Origin: Squalus acanthias
Taxonomy: Eukaryota
Direction: 5' to 3'
Assembly: GCA_030390025.1 (NCBI GenBank)
Contig: CM059429.1
Span: 34,100,001-34,164,000 of the forward strand
Length of the DNA: 64,000 nucleotides
Positions 25,509 to 38,432 of the stretch are shown here, one piece after another; positions within the stretch are counted from its first letter, which is position 1, and every line of letters starts with the position of its first letter. Both the position numbers and the translations under genes were made by a program. Under the pieces are notes generated by a model. That model ran no database searches and was not told where the DNA came from. It worked only from the letters and a program-made list of their open reading frames with translations.

Positions 25509-26698
25509 GTAAGAATAGGTTTCTGATTGGAAAAGTTGCCAGTAAAACTGTATGTGAACACATTATATAACCCTGTTGAAATAGGTCTCTACTCCTTTTA
25601 AAAAAAAATAAAAAAACATTGTTGCCATATTTCTACAATTGACCATTTTTGGCCAGCTTGCTGTACAGGGTTAATGCTGAATTATTTTTCCTGGAAAATA
25701 GGATAACTTCAGAAATTGGATTGAATTTTAGCTTAATCGTTTTGAATACAGCTTCCCATCCCACCGCGCACCTCGGTGCTTTTAAATTTGCAACCATTCT
25801 TCAGCTGAGATGGAAACGGTCTGCAGTGTTCTATGTGGCCTCTGCTAATGCTGCAATCTAGATCGGCAGCCAGGTGGCTGCCATTGTTAGGACAAAACTT
25901 CTGTATCCTGTCTTTCTAAACTTCTCCATGGTTGCCCAGCAGAGAACTGATGAAGGGCCTTGTATGTCAACTGGGCTGGGATGTTTTGCTGTAAGCCAAG
26001 TTTGATAAGTTTAAAATGAGTAGCATTTTAATCACTGCATTAGATTGCCTGTCCTCCTGCCAATTTAGTTTTTGAAGCTTCAATATTGATTGAGAGAAAA
26101 ACGGTGTCTAACATTTTGGCATTACAAGCCACTTTTAGGCACCCATTATCAGCATATGACCCTCAAAAGGTTATTTGTTGGTTCCTCTTTTCAGCAGCAA
26201 TGTGCGTTAACCTTTAAAGCACATGTTACTATAACTCTGATGCTTTGAATACCCAAAGCAGCCATCTGAAAAAGCCTTTTAAATTGTCAGTTAGTACTTA
26301 ATTAAAGATTGCTTTGTACTGTGGCTTAGTTGAAACTGTCCAAACTCAATTACCATGGGGCATACTTGGTGATTGGTGAAGCTTCTCGGCTGTTCAACAG
26401 GTTTCAAGCTAAAGTGAGATCAAACCCAGTGGTGAAGTCCATACTGAAATTAATTGCAAACTGTTTTATTTCTCCTGTTAGTGTACTTTGCATTCTATTT
26501 AGGCCACTTGGGTTGCCAGTATATCTAAAGATTGTGGGTAAATTATCACTAACTTAAAAGTTGGCTAATGTGCAATAGGTATCTTATCCTCCTCTTGCCC
26601 ACCTTCAATTTTCCTTTTCTCTCCACCTCTTCTGAAGGTATAACCAATGCTGAGTTTGGATCCATGGGTTCCAGCAACTCTACAATACCTCACCCTAA

Positions 26699-26700
<2 letters not shown>

Positions 26701-26738
<38 letters not shown>

Positions 26739-26741
26739 TTT
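26701..26741. repeat. (AT)n microsatellite followed by poly-T
   Basis: Direct reading. Confidence 0.95.
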
Positions 26742-27692
26742 CTCTGACTTCATCATGTCCTTCTGCTCTTGCTAGGGGTGCTGAGCAAATTTTAGGGCTT
26801 ATGCTGATATTAGCATGGGTTGCTACTAGTGAGTGATTACTGTACTAGGAGGATGCATTCATTCACTGAGCTGTCAGATCTGTTGCGTTTCATCAATAAT
26901 AAAAGGGGTTGGATGAAAGATGAATGATAAGGGAATCCTACATGGTTCTGATTGGGGAAGGGGCAAGAGGAGCTGTTATACCAACAAGTGATTTGCTTAA
27001 GTGAGCATATAGCACCTGACCAGAGAAAAATGAAACTGATCCAAAGCATTCACTAACTAGGTTAGCAATGAACGAGCATTAGTTCCCCATTTAAAATGAA
27101 TATTGACAATCAAACTAGTTTCTTGTCAGTTAGTTCATTTGAGTATTCAATTCTGCAGGAAAGCGACCATTTGCCAACTGCTCTTGCCTGTAAACAATAC
27201 TGCAATATTTGATGGTTCACCGCTAGAAAAGACTGCATACTATAAAAATCTAGTATTCTATTATCTGAATTTGATCATGGACTTGAAGGGTGAGCATATT
27301 TTGGCTAATGGTTTTTTAAAATTCATTGTTAGGTTTATGCAGTTACTGACGATTTCTTTGTCAATTCTGCTGGTTAGATGTTTTGGTCACAAGGGATAAG
27401 TTTGGTAATTCTTCCCAGGACAAACATAATAAATCCATTCTCCGTTAAATTGATTAATGGAAGTGTGTACAAAGGTGTTGGCATTTCCATGTGAGCATAG
27501 TTACCTGGTTATGAGAAAGCTGGAAGTCTGATTTTAAAGTTTATAGTTTACTTTTCCTACTGCCTTGTAAAATCATTAGTCCTGAAACTTTCAGGGTTAA
27601 CATGCAAACCTGAGAAGCTTGTGATTGTTTTTTCTATAAACTGAGGCTATCTGACTAATCTTAAATTTGACTTTTATTTCTTACTTTCCTAG

Positions 27693-27725
27693 TTTGCTGC
27701 AGGTCCTCGAGCTTTACATCAGCAG
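27693..27725 (+). CDS. EIF4G1: 33-nt cassette exon: FAAGPRALHQQ
   Basis: Long pyrimidine tract ...ttactttcctag|, donor CAG|GTACTA, phase 0/0. Resembles the FAAGPRPPHHQ cassette of eIF4G3. Confidence 0.85.
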
Positions 27726-28509
27726 GTACTAACCAATTAACAGACTGCATGTAATTGCATACTACCCCATGCAATTCCATGTAAATTTACACATGCTAAG
27801 ATTTAAAATATGGCTTTCAGTGCATGTCTGGATTTCAGTTCCCTCTCCCTTCACATACTGTATATACTTGCATTTAAGATGAGATGTATATATTCCTGCT
27901 GAGAAGTGGGGGTGGTGGGCGGTGTGTTGGCAGGACTTTAGGGATAAAAGTCGTACTTGGGTGATGCCCTCATTCAGATTTCTTCCTCGCAGAGCAATTT
28001 CTAGAAAGATGGATCCAGCAGCAGCACCACCATATGAGCGCATTGCTGCCAGCTGTTGTTCAGCCCTCCATTGAGATGATACTTAAATGGCAACTCACCC
28101 TCTCAACGTGAGTCCTGGCTCCTGCTGCTGACTCCTTTTCATCGATCTTGCCGGGCAGTCTACAAATTTAAAATCAGCAGTTGGTGCTTAGACTGAAGTA
28201 GGGAGTCAGGAGGAAATGTCCTTTTAAATATAACAGCACTACTGGAGTAGCTGAGTGTGGAAATGCACTCTGATCCTCCAACAGTGCAAAATGTAATTGG
28301 CACCTCATCCTCCCAAGTTCTGTCCTGGCTCTTGCTGATTTAAAATCTGCTTTTTCTCTAGCTATCCAGCTGAATTATCTTGGATTTAAAAGTTCGGGAG
28401 AGTATGGATTAATGTTTGGAGAATTCCTATTTAAATAACAAAAGTGCTGGAACAGTAGAGTACATTCCTTTTAACTGATGCTTCCTTTCTCTGGCGCTTT
28501 GCAAATGAA

Positions 28510-28893
28510 GACTTGCAATGAGGTGCTACATAAATGCATCACCCAAATATCCTAAAGTGCTTCACAACAAATTATTTTCAACTTCAGTGATTATGTAGGC
28601 AATACAGCAGGCATTTCTGCACAGTTAAGGCCACCAACAGCAGTGAGGTGGATGATCTGTTGATAGTTGAGGCAGGGAAGTAGGCCAGAACCCTGGCAAA
28701 ACTCTTTTCGTTTGAATTGTGCCTTGAGACCTTTGACTGTCCATTTGAACCAACAAGTTACTCATCTGAAGCATGGCACCTCTTATGCAGCAGTCATCCG
28801 GTGTTAATCTTCCAGAGTGTCAGTGTAGATTATGTGCTGAAGTTTTGGAGTGGGGCTTGAACCCAGTGCCTTGTGCTTCCAACTAAGCCAAGT
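28510..28893 (-). mobile_element. Degenerate Deu-type SINE
   Basis: ctcatctgaagcatggcacctc...agtgtcagtgtagattatgtgct...ggagtggggcttgaaccc. Confidence 0.6.
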
Positions 28894-29412
28894 GGACAGT
28901 TGAAGAATAGATAGAAAATAATGGGTTCAAATCCCAGACATCATTTGACATCAGATGCTTACTGCTGTTGGACTCAATGTTTCCACTGGTTTGCTGGGCC
29001 ACTAGGAAGTGCCCTGTGCTTGTACAGTTGGATATATCGTGTCCCTATTAGCTTTTGCTGGGTGCCTCGCTGGAAAGTCTACCTCATGATCCTGACTGAA
29101 GCCCAAGAGCCTGCAGCAGATTTAAAATCTGAAGCAGCCCAGATTGATCGGGATAGAAAAGATTTTAAATTAGCAGAGAGAGCCAGGGCTTAAGTTGGCA
29201 GGAAGAGATATTGATAAACATTAGTGTTGGACAGGCAAGTATTTGCCAGTGACTGTTGATAATGTGAATAAAATGAAAACCGACAGAGAAAATGTGTTTG
29301 TGGATGCCAGCTGTTACAAAGTTTAAAGTTTTAAAGAATAGGAGAATTATAAAACCCTTAGGATTTATCAGGTTGAATATTTTGGGGGGACGGACAGAAG
29401 TACAAGAGTTGT

Positions 29413-29580
29413 AATAAAAACAGAAAATGCTGGAAATATTCAGCGGGTCAGGCACCATTTATGGAGAGTGAAACAGAGTTAATGTTTCGATGACAAAAGG
29501 TCTCTCTCCGCAGATGCTGCCTGACCCACTGAGTTTTCAGTTATTTCAGATTTCCAGCATCTGCAGTATTTTGCTTTTGG
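29413..29580. mobile_element. Penelope-like terminal-repeat remnant (inverted pair)
   Basis: aaaacagaaaatgctggaaatattcagcgggtcaggca...ggagag followed by ctctctccgcagatgctgcctgaccc...; same family as the PLE end at 56320-56390. Another fragment lies at 51303-51368. Confidence 0.7.
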
Positions 29581-32234
29581 GATAAGAGTTGTCTTGTCCA
29601 TTGCTCACCTTGTATGCGAGTATATACGTTAGCCACATATCCTTATTCAAAGAGCCTGAAACAAGCTAGCTTTGGGCATTTGTAGTGAGAAATTATAAAG
29701 ATTTTGCCCCCAACTTTAGTGTGTACATTTTTTTGTCATTGATGCATTTTTAGTGAAATATAATAGTTCTTATAAATGGTGATTTCAAGCAGGTGTCTTT
29801 AGAATTTTGAATTCATTAACAAAGTTGAGGTCTGGAATTGTGAATTGAAAACAGTAAAATCGTAACGCTTAATTGATTTTTTGTGGGTACACGTGTGTAG
29901 CATTAATCATTGTCAAACTGGTGTAAGAGCAAATTGTCAACAAAGATTTTTTACTGAGTAAATTTTGAAGTGTGGTGGGCAGTATCTTTTATGCACTGCT
30001 GCATGGTGAGCTATATTTGAGAAAATTGAAGATTGAGCATCAACAAGAAGGCAAAGCAGCTTGCTTTGTTTTGAGCATAGTAAGCACTGTCAGGTGATTA
30101 AGAGACACATTTTCTGTGAAAATTGTGCTTTTCTTAGTGAGTGAATGATACTGATGGGATTTCTCGTTGGTGCTAGCTATTTTTGAACGCTGAGGCAAAG
30201 GCATAATTAAAAGGTGACTGGAACTTCCTGGAATATGTGTATTTTTATCTTTGTACAAACAGCATGCCTCCTGAAATCTCAAGCCACGATGTAGTAGAAC
30301 TTGTCTGAAATAAATTTAGGCATGCAACTGTTGTCCTAGAAGGTTTGAGTAGAAGTTGAAGTTCTATTTGTCGTACTGAATCTTGGTATACTTGTGATGC
30401 GCAGGTCTTGCTGTCGGGAAAGTAATCTTAGAAATATTTTCTGATACCCAGTAGCTGTGGAAAAAATATTAACATGCATGCTAACTTGGCACCTTGATAT
30501 GGTAACTTGAAGCAAAATTATACTGGAAGTTCGTATGTTGAATTGGAGTGTGCTGCTCGACTAATAAATTGAGTTGTGCTAATGAATTCTAAAAACACTC
30601 CAGCTTCAATCCAATAGTTTATCAACACCCACTGTCAGGTTTGTGGTAGTCCTCCATACTGTTGATGTGATGGAATCTCTGGAAGCCAAAAGTAGTTTTG
30701 TAGAACAGTTTCAGTTGCCAATTCTGGTTTTACCTTCCTCTGACAATTTTCGCTTAACTACCAAATGTCAAAAGGATCTTAAGAGTACACTTATGTTGTG
30801 ACAAAGTAGTATGAGAGGATGGTTAATCAAGGTCCTTAGGAATGTTCAGTCTTGGGGCAGAAAAGGATCGTTTTCAAAAAATAGATTACCTATATCTTGC
30901 AGTACTCCATACTACAACTAGAATTTCAATGAATGGAAATGCATGTCTTCATCTAATTCCTACTAATCTCTTGCTACTTAAGTACTAAAATGTTTCTACA
31001 ACAATTTCCTCCACCCCCCGTCTCAACATGTGATGCATAGATTTTTTTCATCCCTCCCCTTGGTGATCATTCTTTGCTGGGGTATGGTTTCATTTGAAAA
31101 TGCTAGAAATATGCTTTGCATACCTGAGAAACATCCAGGTTCTGTAACAACTTATTCATTTGAAGAGTTATCTGCTGACTCTTGGAAGGCTATCTCTAAG
31201 CTGTTTGTCTATTTATGTGCATTTGTTCTGCAGTGGAAAAATACATAGGTCAATCATTTTTTGTAAGGCCCTGCACTTGTAAAGTGAGGTTTATTACCAG
31301 TTCAACAGCATGCATAACCTGGTGATGAAGATTTTATAAGTCTCTTTTGATGGGGCTCTGTGTGCTTTAATAGGATTTCCTTGACTGGGCTAAAATGAAC
31401 ACTACAGTAGTAAATTATGGAAAATAAATCTTTTTTGGTACAATGCTTTGCACAGCTTGCTTCGTTTGCAACAATTCAGAGTACAGGCATCTTATATAAC
31501 TACATATTCTTGATGATAAATCCAGTACTCGCCATTTGAACAGCTTGAATGAGAATGTCAGCTGAGGGCTCCTTATCTTTGCTTAATATTTGGTTATTTC
31601 TCATTGAATAATAGGGAACGGATGTACTTTGTTGCTGGGTAGGTAGCAGTGAATAGTTTTTGTCCTCCTTTTGGTTTTGTTTGATTCCTAATTGAGGCAG
31701 ACATTCTTGCATATATATTTAGATCTAAAGTAACCAGTAGAGACACTACTAGTGAAGTTTCTCTCTGTAGTGCATATACATTCAAGCTACTGTATCTCAG
31801 CATAATTAATGTACATATAATGTATGAAATAATTTCAATAGCTCATTTAGTTGCTCAGGGAATCCCTGCCCCTCCCCCACCCTATCGCAAAATGAATTGT
31901 GTGGCTGGGGGAGACATTGTGAGACAGTTAGCTTTCCAGAGTATAAAGGTGAAGGGGAGTGGATATTTCAGTTTGCTCCCAATAATTCAGCCACTTTTTT
32001 TTTGCAAGAAAAAAAATGATCCAGTAATTTCAATGAAAGAACTTTGAATTAAGAGGAATGGACGGCATTAGAAAATACGCCCAAGTCGTAGCTTGGTTTT
32101 CTTTCTCTGCATATGCATTCTAAATTTTGCAGTGCATAATTTCCATTCTAGTACTGTGGCAGTTTTGGAGAATGCTACTTAAATCTCGGAATACTTAATG
32201 ACCCTGTGGCCTTTTGGTTCCCTTTAAATATATT

Positions 32235-32497
32235 GGGCAGGAGTTTCCGCTAGGTTGCGCTGATTGTTTCAGCGCAATTCGCCTGAAATTGATCAACCCA
32301 ACGCAAAAGATCGAGGAACTTCAAGAGCAAATTCTACCTCGCACAAATTGAGTTTCTGGCACTAGAAGCCGTCCTCACCCACAGAACTGTTCATGCCCCC
32401 CCAGTTTGAGCGGAATGAGCAAAAAAAAACACGTCTTAAAACTAGCGCCATTGTCGCCTGGATTGTCGATTGCGCCCAAAGTGGAAACTCTTGGCCC
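32235..32497. mobile_element. Small TIR element (Harbinger-like MITE)
   Basis: Imperfect TIRs GGGCAGGAGTTTCCGC and GTGGAAACTCTTGGCCC; CpG-rich interior. Confidence 0.6.
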
Positions 32498-32855
32498 TTA
32501 TTACTAATGATTTCTCCAAGTGCAGTTGATTCCATAGAAAGTTTGTCAGAACTCTCTTCCATTTCTATACATGACTTATGTAACTGAGTATTCTTCGACA
32601 TCTTAGCATTTCTAGATCTGCATTTTAGCTTATCCCTTGCAGTTAAATTTATTGGTGTAGAATTGCATCCAGTTTTGTGAAAGTTGTATTCAGATTTAAT
32701 TTTGTCTAATGGCAGATTTACAGGACAAAAAAATTGACAGGTGACTAAAATTTTTGATTAGAGCTGAACATTTCTAGTGTTGGTTCTAATATAAATACTG
32801 CATGGTGTGCTTGTGGCTTGTGTTTATATTGTGATTTTCTTTCTCTTCTCTGTAG

Positions 32856-33035
32856 CAATACTACCCAAACAGAGCCCAGCAACAGAATAGTGCTTCCAGG
32901 GTTCAGAGTAGTGCAACGACTCGACCCGTGGCCTCTGCTACCCATGTCTACCCACCTGGTTCACAGACTATTATGATGATGACACAACAGATACCTGCAT
33001 ATCAGTCATCAGGACCTTATTATGTTCCAGGCCAG
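32856..33035 (+). CDS. EIF4G1: eIF4G1 coding exon: QYYPNRAQQQNSASRVQSSATTRPVASATHVYPPGSQTIMMMTQQIPAYQSSGPYYVPGQ
   Basis: Acceptor ttctcttctctgtag|, 180 nt, GC donor CAG|GCAAGA. Matches human eIF4G1 HFYPSRAQ...SRVQS...HVYPAGSQVMM...YYIPGQ, which favours G1 over G3. Confidence 0.95.
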
Positions 33036-33274
33036 GCAAGAACCTTTTATACATGGGCATTGTTAATTTTCTAGTTTATTTTCAGATACTGCTAGTTTTC
33101 AGAAACTTTTTTTAAGCTGCGAAGTAATTAACAGTGTTGGAAACCAAAGTTGCAACATATTAGACTTGAATCCCTGTGCTGTTAACATAACACAACATTT
33201 CATGTATAATGTTGCAGCAAGAACTGCATTCATTTATCAATTCTGGGCAGTCACTTTTGGAGGTAAAGATACAG

Positions 33275-34015
33275 ATGGAGGCCATTTCATTCATCATGCA
33301 AATGCAAGTTTCCCCCCACTGGAGCAATCCAGACTAATCCCATTAATGGGTTGTTCAAAACTGCATGATATTCCTACTGTGGCCTTTTCTTAATTTCTTT
33401 CAATATTCTCCTATTGTGTTTAATTTTCTCAGATTTCATGATTAACTTGGCTTTAGGAGTCACTTGTGATAAAGCAATTTGTTTCCTAATGAATCATTGT
33501 GTGAATAATTCTTTCTAACTGTACCCCTTTACACATATGGTACCAATCCTGCATTTCTCAAAACTATACCTGATACTCCAGTTGTGGCCTAACCAATGCG
33601 TTGCACCAATTCAGCACTGCTACCTTGATTTTGTATTAAATATCTCTGTATAAAACCCATAATCCAATTTTCTCTTGTAGCTTCTTCCACCTGCATTCCT
33701 TTTGATGCACTGTGTATCTACATCTTGAGCTCTCTTGGTTGCTCTACTCCATTTAAGGATGCTGGCATTTATAGTGTAATTTCTATAGTTTTTCCTCAAA
33801 CTGTACTACATACTTATCCACATTGTATTCATCAGTTATCTACTCATTCCCCAACTCTGTTGTTCCCTTCCTATAGCCTGCTGCATTCTTCCTTAGAGTT
33901 TGCTATGGTTCTAATTTGATATTCGTAAGGCTTCATATTCCCTCTATGCCCGTGTCCAGATAATTTGAGTAAATGGAGAATAAGGTCCCAATACCGATCC
34001 GCGGGACACTCCGCT
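33275..34015 (-). mobile_element. Old, highly diverged CR1 fragment
   Basis: ggaggccattt 3' end, atactccagttgtggcctaaccaatg (antisense of an LVRPQLEY-like segment) and ggtcccaataccgatccgcgggacactcc (antisense of GVPRGSVLGP). Confidence 0.7.
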
Positions 34016-34566
34016 AGCTACATTTTATCGATCTTAAAAAAACAAGTATTTACTACTGATCCTCTAAATGATAGAAAGCAGCTATTCTTCTAACCATGCT
34101 GCCACTTTACTTGGGTCGGATGTTTTACTTGGTTTATCTTGCTATAGAACATCACAGAAATCAGTTACTTCATTAACTTCAATTATTACTGTTTTTAAAG
34201 CAATGAAGTGGTCATGAGCCAGTTGGTATGAGCATGGTACGTTACTCACTGGCTTTTTGGATCTTTTTATTTTCTAATTCCCCACCTTCTGTTCATATTG
34301 AAAATCTGTGGTGAGATTTGCTTAGTATAATGTAGCTTCCTGCTGCACAGGTCATTCTACAATGGAATCAGATATATTCATTTGCAATGTATAGATTAAT
34401 AACCAACATGTATTGGTGCAGAGCACTAAACAGTAAGTTATTGCGAACAAAAAATGTCATAGTATGTTAATTTACAGTTGACATAGAAGTTAATCTTCTA
34501 GGATAAGCTTGCTTTTATAGCCGAAAGATAACGTGAAAGAAAGTGAAATTTGTCTTTGTTTTGCAG

Positions 34567-34660
34567 TTTCGTTCTTCATTCGTACAGCCAACTCAGCAGT
34601 ATCCTGTTCCACCTGGAACCGGATTTTATTCAAACCCAAATCCTGGGGATTACTCTTATG
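34567..34660 (+). CDS. EIF4G1: eIF4G1 coding exon: FRSSFVQPTQQYPVPPGTGFYSNPNPGDYSY(G)
   Basis: Acceptor gttttgcag|, donor ATG|GTAAGA, 94 nt, phase 0/1; contains the PTQQYPV motif. Confidence 0.95.
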
Positions 34661-35082
34661 GTAAGATTTTAACACTCAATTAGGATTTAAAGTAATATGC
34701 TACTCCATGGTTGTTGTAGGCATTGTATGAATTAGAGAGAGAAAAATTGGGACGATGTGTGGTAACTTCTACGTGGTCATGAAGTTTAACTTCAAACAAA
34801 AAACCCTATCTGTTGAAATGTACCAGTTACAAACTTTGTATTTTGGGGACCAGGTGGTGGTGTGTGAAAACATGTTGCCATTTTACCTTTGCTACCAGGA
34901 TTCAAATCGAGCCCAGACTGATGGCAGGAAAGTTTCCTGCCTGGTAAATGTATGTTTGGCCAGTCAACTCTCTTCCTAATGGACATGTATCCATAGCATA
35001 AAACTGCCGATAATTCAGCTCAAATGCCATATTAAGCCATGTGTAGTGTGGTCAAAATATGGTGTTGAGGCATGTTTTGGTA

Positions 35083-35580
35083 AATCATAGATTCATAAAA
35101 TAGTACAGTGCAGAAGGAGGCCATTTGGCCCATCGAGTCTGTGTCGGCTCGATCGAAGAGCAAGCCAGTTAGTCCCACCCCCCCTTTCTTTCCCCGTATA
35201 TCTGCAGTTTTTTCTCCAAGTATTTATCCAATTCCCTTTTGAAGACTACTATTGAATCTGTATACACCACCCCATCCTCCACATTCTACTGCATTCCAAA
35301 TCCTAACCACTCGTGTAAAAAGGTTTTTCCCTCATGTTCCCTCTGGTTCTTTTGCCAATCACCTTAAATCTGTGCCCTCTGGTTATCGACCCTTCAGCCA
35401 TTGGAAACAGTTTCTTTATTTACTCTATCTAAACTCTTCATGATTTTAAACATATATCAAATCTCCTTTTGGTCTCCGCTCTAAGAACAACCACCCCAGC
35501 TTCTCCAATCTATCCACATAACTAATCCCCCATCCCTGGAACCATTCTAGTAAATCTCTTCTGTACCCTCTCCAAAGCCA
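35083..35580 (-). mobile_element. CR1 LINE 3' fragment
   Basis: aatcatag terminus, gaaggaggccatttggcccatcg, and ctagtaaatctcttctgtaccctctccaa. Confidence 0.85.
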
Positions 35581-38432
35581 AAGGGTAGCTTAATTTACAT
35601 TCAGCTAGCCAGTACCTAACTTGAGAATTCAGTGCTGTTACTGAGTTAATGTTTTTTTATAAGCAAAGACACAATTCCATTTTATGTAACTGCTCAAAAT
35701 GAGAGATTTTCAGTATAGAAGAGTGGGATATTGTCACTTTCTGTATCAAATACTGACTGGTCAGAAGAATAAACCCCAATAATATTCCTTGGGCCCCCCA
35801 CCTCCACATTCTACTGCATTCTTGTGGTTTGCCTAACACCACTTTGAATTGACAGTTCTTGCACTATAACCTAGTGCTGGATTTATATTGCTCGAACTCT
35901 TCATTTAAATGCATCAGAAGGAGAATACTTTGTTGGGGTTCATTTTGAAATCTCATCACAGGCTTGGGACAATACATTCTGCTAGAGTCCAGCAACTTGT
36001 ATATTTACAATAAGTACCTCTTGCCAGATTTCTATGGGTAGATTGCAAAAATGAGTTAGTGGCTTTTTTGCTTTTCTACTAGTAAATGTAGAAATGCTGG
36101 TTTAAGGCTAAGCTTAATACATGGTTCAATGCCAGATAACATTTAGTGTCATGTGGTTTGTCATAATGGTGTAACTGTTTTGCAAAGGTAAAGATGTATC
36201 AAACAGGGTATGAAAATTAGGATTGCTATTTGGGCTAATGCCTACAATTGTACAAAATAGAAAATTTGTATTAAAAAAAAAATCTTTTGTTGGGGTAGGC
36301 AAGAGAGTGGTGTACCAGTGTGCTGTGCCATGGAATGGCAGAGCACAGATTTGTGTTTAATTTCATAACATGGTGAGTTCCTCCTTGTTCTTTCTGTCAG
36401 GATGATGTGCTGAGCAGAAGTTAAAATGTTTGCCTAAGTGGAGAAAGTTAAAATTGCAAGGCTTTTTGTATCCATCAAACCAGTTTGGTATAGTTTCCTG
36501 GTCTACTGTAATGCAAGCAGCTGCTTAGAGTCCTATTGGTTGCTTGCCCCACTAATCTATATATGAATAGCTAAATTTCATATTGTGCCATTTGAGTGTG
36601 AGGAGTACACAAGTTAGCGGTGTCATGACTTTTCTTAATAAAATGTAGCATATTTCAATACAAGCTTCAATAGAAAATTCTAGCATTGTTGGCGTGACAA
36701 ATCTCGGGTTCCTCATTTTATAGTCTCTTTTTTAGTAAAAATAGGATGCACAATTGTAAGTTCACTAAGTACTTGTAAACCAGCTAAGAATTGTCTGTAG
36801 CAAGCTAAATGCATTCCCTTGTAGAGTATGACAATTTAAGTAATAAAGTTAAGGAAGGAATTGGCTGTTTACAGCAAGTTAATTTATTAATGGTTTGTTC
36901 TGGCGAGCTATGCTCTGCATACCTACCATGCTCTAATACTGTAATAGGTTGGGTATTCAAGTTTAGATCGGCAAGCCGTGGTTACTTTCCCTTATATAGT
37001 AATTGTTTTGGTATTGCATACTTCCACTAATTGCTTGATTTTAGTTGCACAAAATGTTATTTTAATTACACCATTTTGTAATTAAAGCGACTATTTTGAA
37101 GTTATTTTTATTGATGCTGATTTTAGTTGATAAAAACCACACTGCTTAATAAACAGTGCGTATGTTACCAAACCATTGTGGCTCAAATTTTGAAATTGGG
37201 TGCAGGCTTAATTTCTGGTTTGGCTGAACTTCGAATTTTGATCGTCCAAATGTTTAGAATTCTTGAAATAGTTCAGAATGTAGATGGTAAACAGAGACTT
37301 TAAGTTAACATTGCTCTTTAATGAACGGAGCTTCAGAAAAGTCTTTGGATAAGAAACTTTACTGTATACTAGTTTAACTGACATTGTGGCATTTGAACAT
37401 ATTTTTAGATGTGCATGTAGTTTTGAATTGTAGCAAATAAACATTGGTCTGGGAGCGTTGTCTCACACCAAGTGCCCTCAACCCACTACTGTTGCATTAT
37501 CTGGATATTAAATGGTTTATTTTCCAGAACTCACCAGCGTTCAGATACCATGCACCTATTTCAATACTTTAAGCATGATTTTTTGGGGTTCATCTGTATG
37601 ATATAATACCCGGTGATACAGTATCATTGTTGCTAATCTATTAGAGATCAGTTTGATTGTACAGATTAACCCATTATTTGCATTGGGAGCTCCTTAAAGG
37701 AGCGGGGAGACACCGTGCGCACACCAGAATGGGAGGGGGCTAACTGGAAGAAAAAATGGCCAGTTGAGTTAAACAGCACTAAGGTAACTGGGTTGGGGAA
37801 GCAAGCATGCATGTTAATGAAAAATAGTTCCAGCTCTGGTACTGAGGAATACAAACCAGAACTTGTATAGCTGCACCTATGGTATAAAAAGCCATCTACT
37901 TTTGTAGATCTAAATATTGGTTACCAGTTGTCATTTCTATTGATAATGTAATGCCTTGTGACAGTTGGATATAATGGATTATGGAATGGTTTGTGCTCTC
38001 AATTGTTTGCTCTTGTTATTAAATCAATTGGCATTGCAGAGGTTTTGAAACAAATACATGATTTCTATAATTTGCTAGATGCTGTCGAAGTTGTACTGGT
38101 GGCGGAAAAGGCCATGCAGCATTGTTTTCAAATGATAACACATGGTAACAATAGTAGCCTCGTGAGCTACTAGCTATCCTGGAAATAATTGACCATTGTT
38201 TAGGATTATTGATTTCTTTGTGAATTGGAAAGCAATTGGTTTAAAAATGATCCACAGTTTGTAATTGCTTCAGAACAACACTTCGTGAGGTGGAGAAAGG
38301 AAATAATGTGTTTAACTTTTGTTTTTTAAATATTTTTGTACTGGTAGCTAGTGTCCAGTAAGCACATTCTAGTTCATGTATTGCAAAACAGACGGTTGAT
38401 TGTGTAAATGTGGTGTTTTTAGTGAAAATAAT

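Noticed and set aside
31511-31565. Possible C/D box snoRNA (TGATGA ... CTGA); human EIF4G1 hosts SNORD66
   Set aside because: Only ~55 nt, no convincing terminal stem and no resemblance to SNORD66 as recalled. No SNORD66-like sequence was seen in this window.
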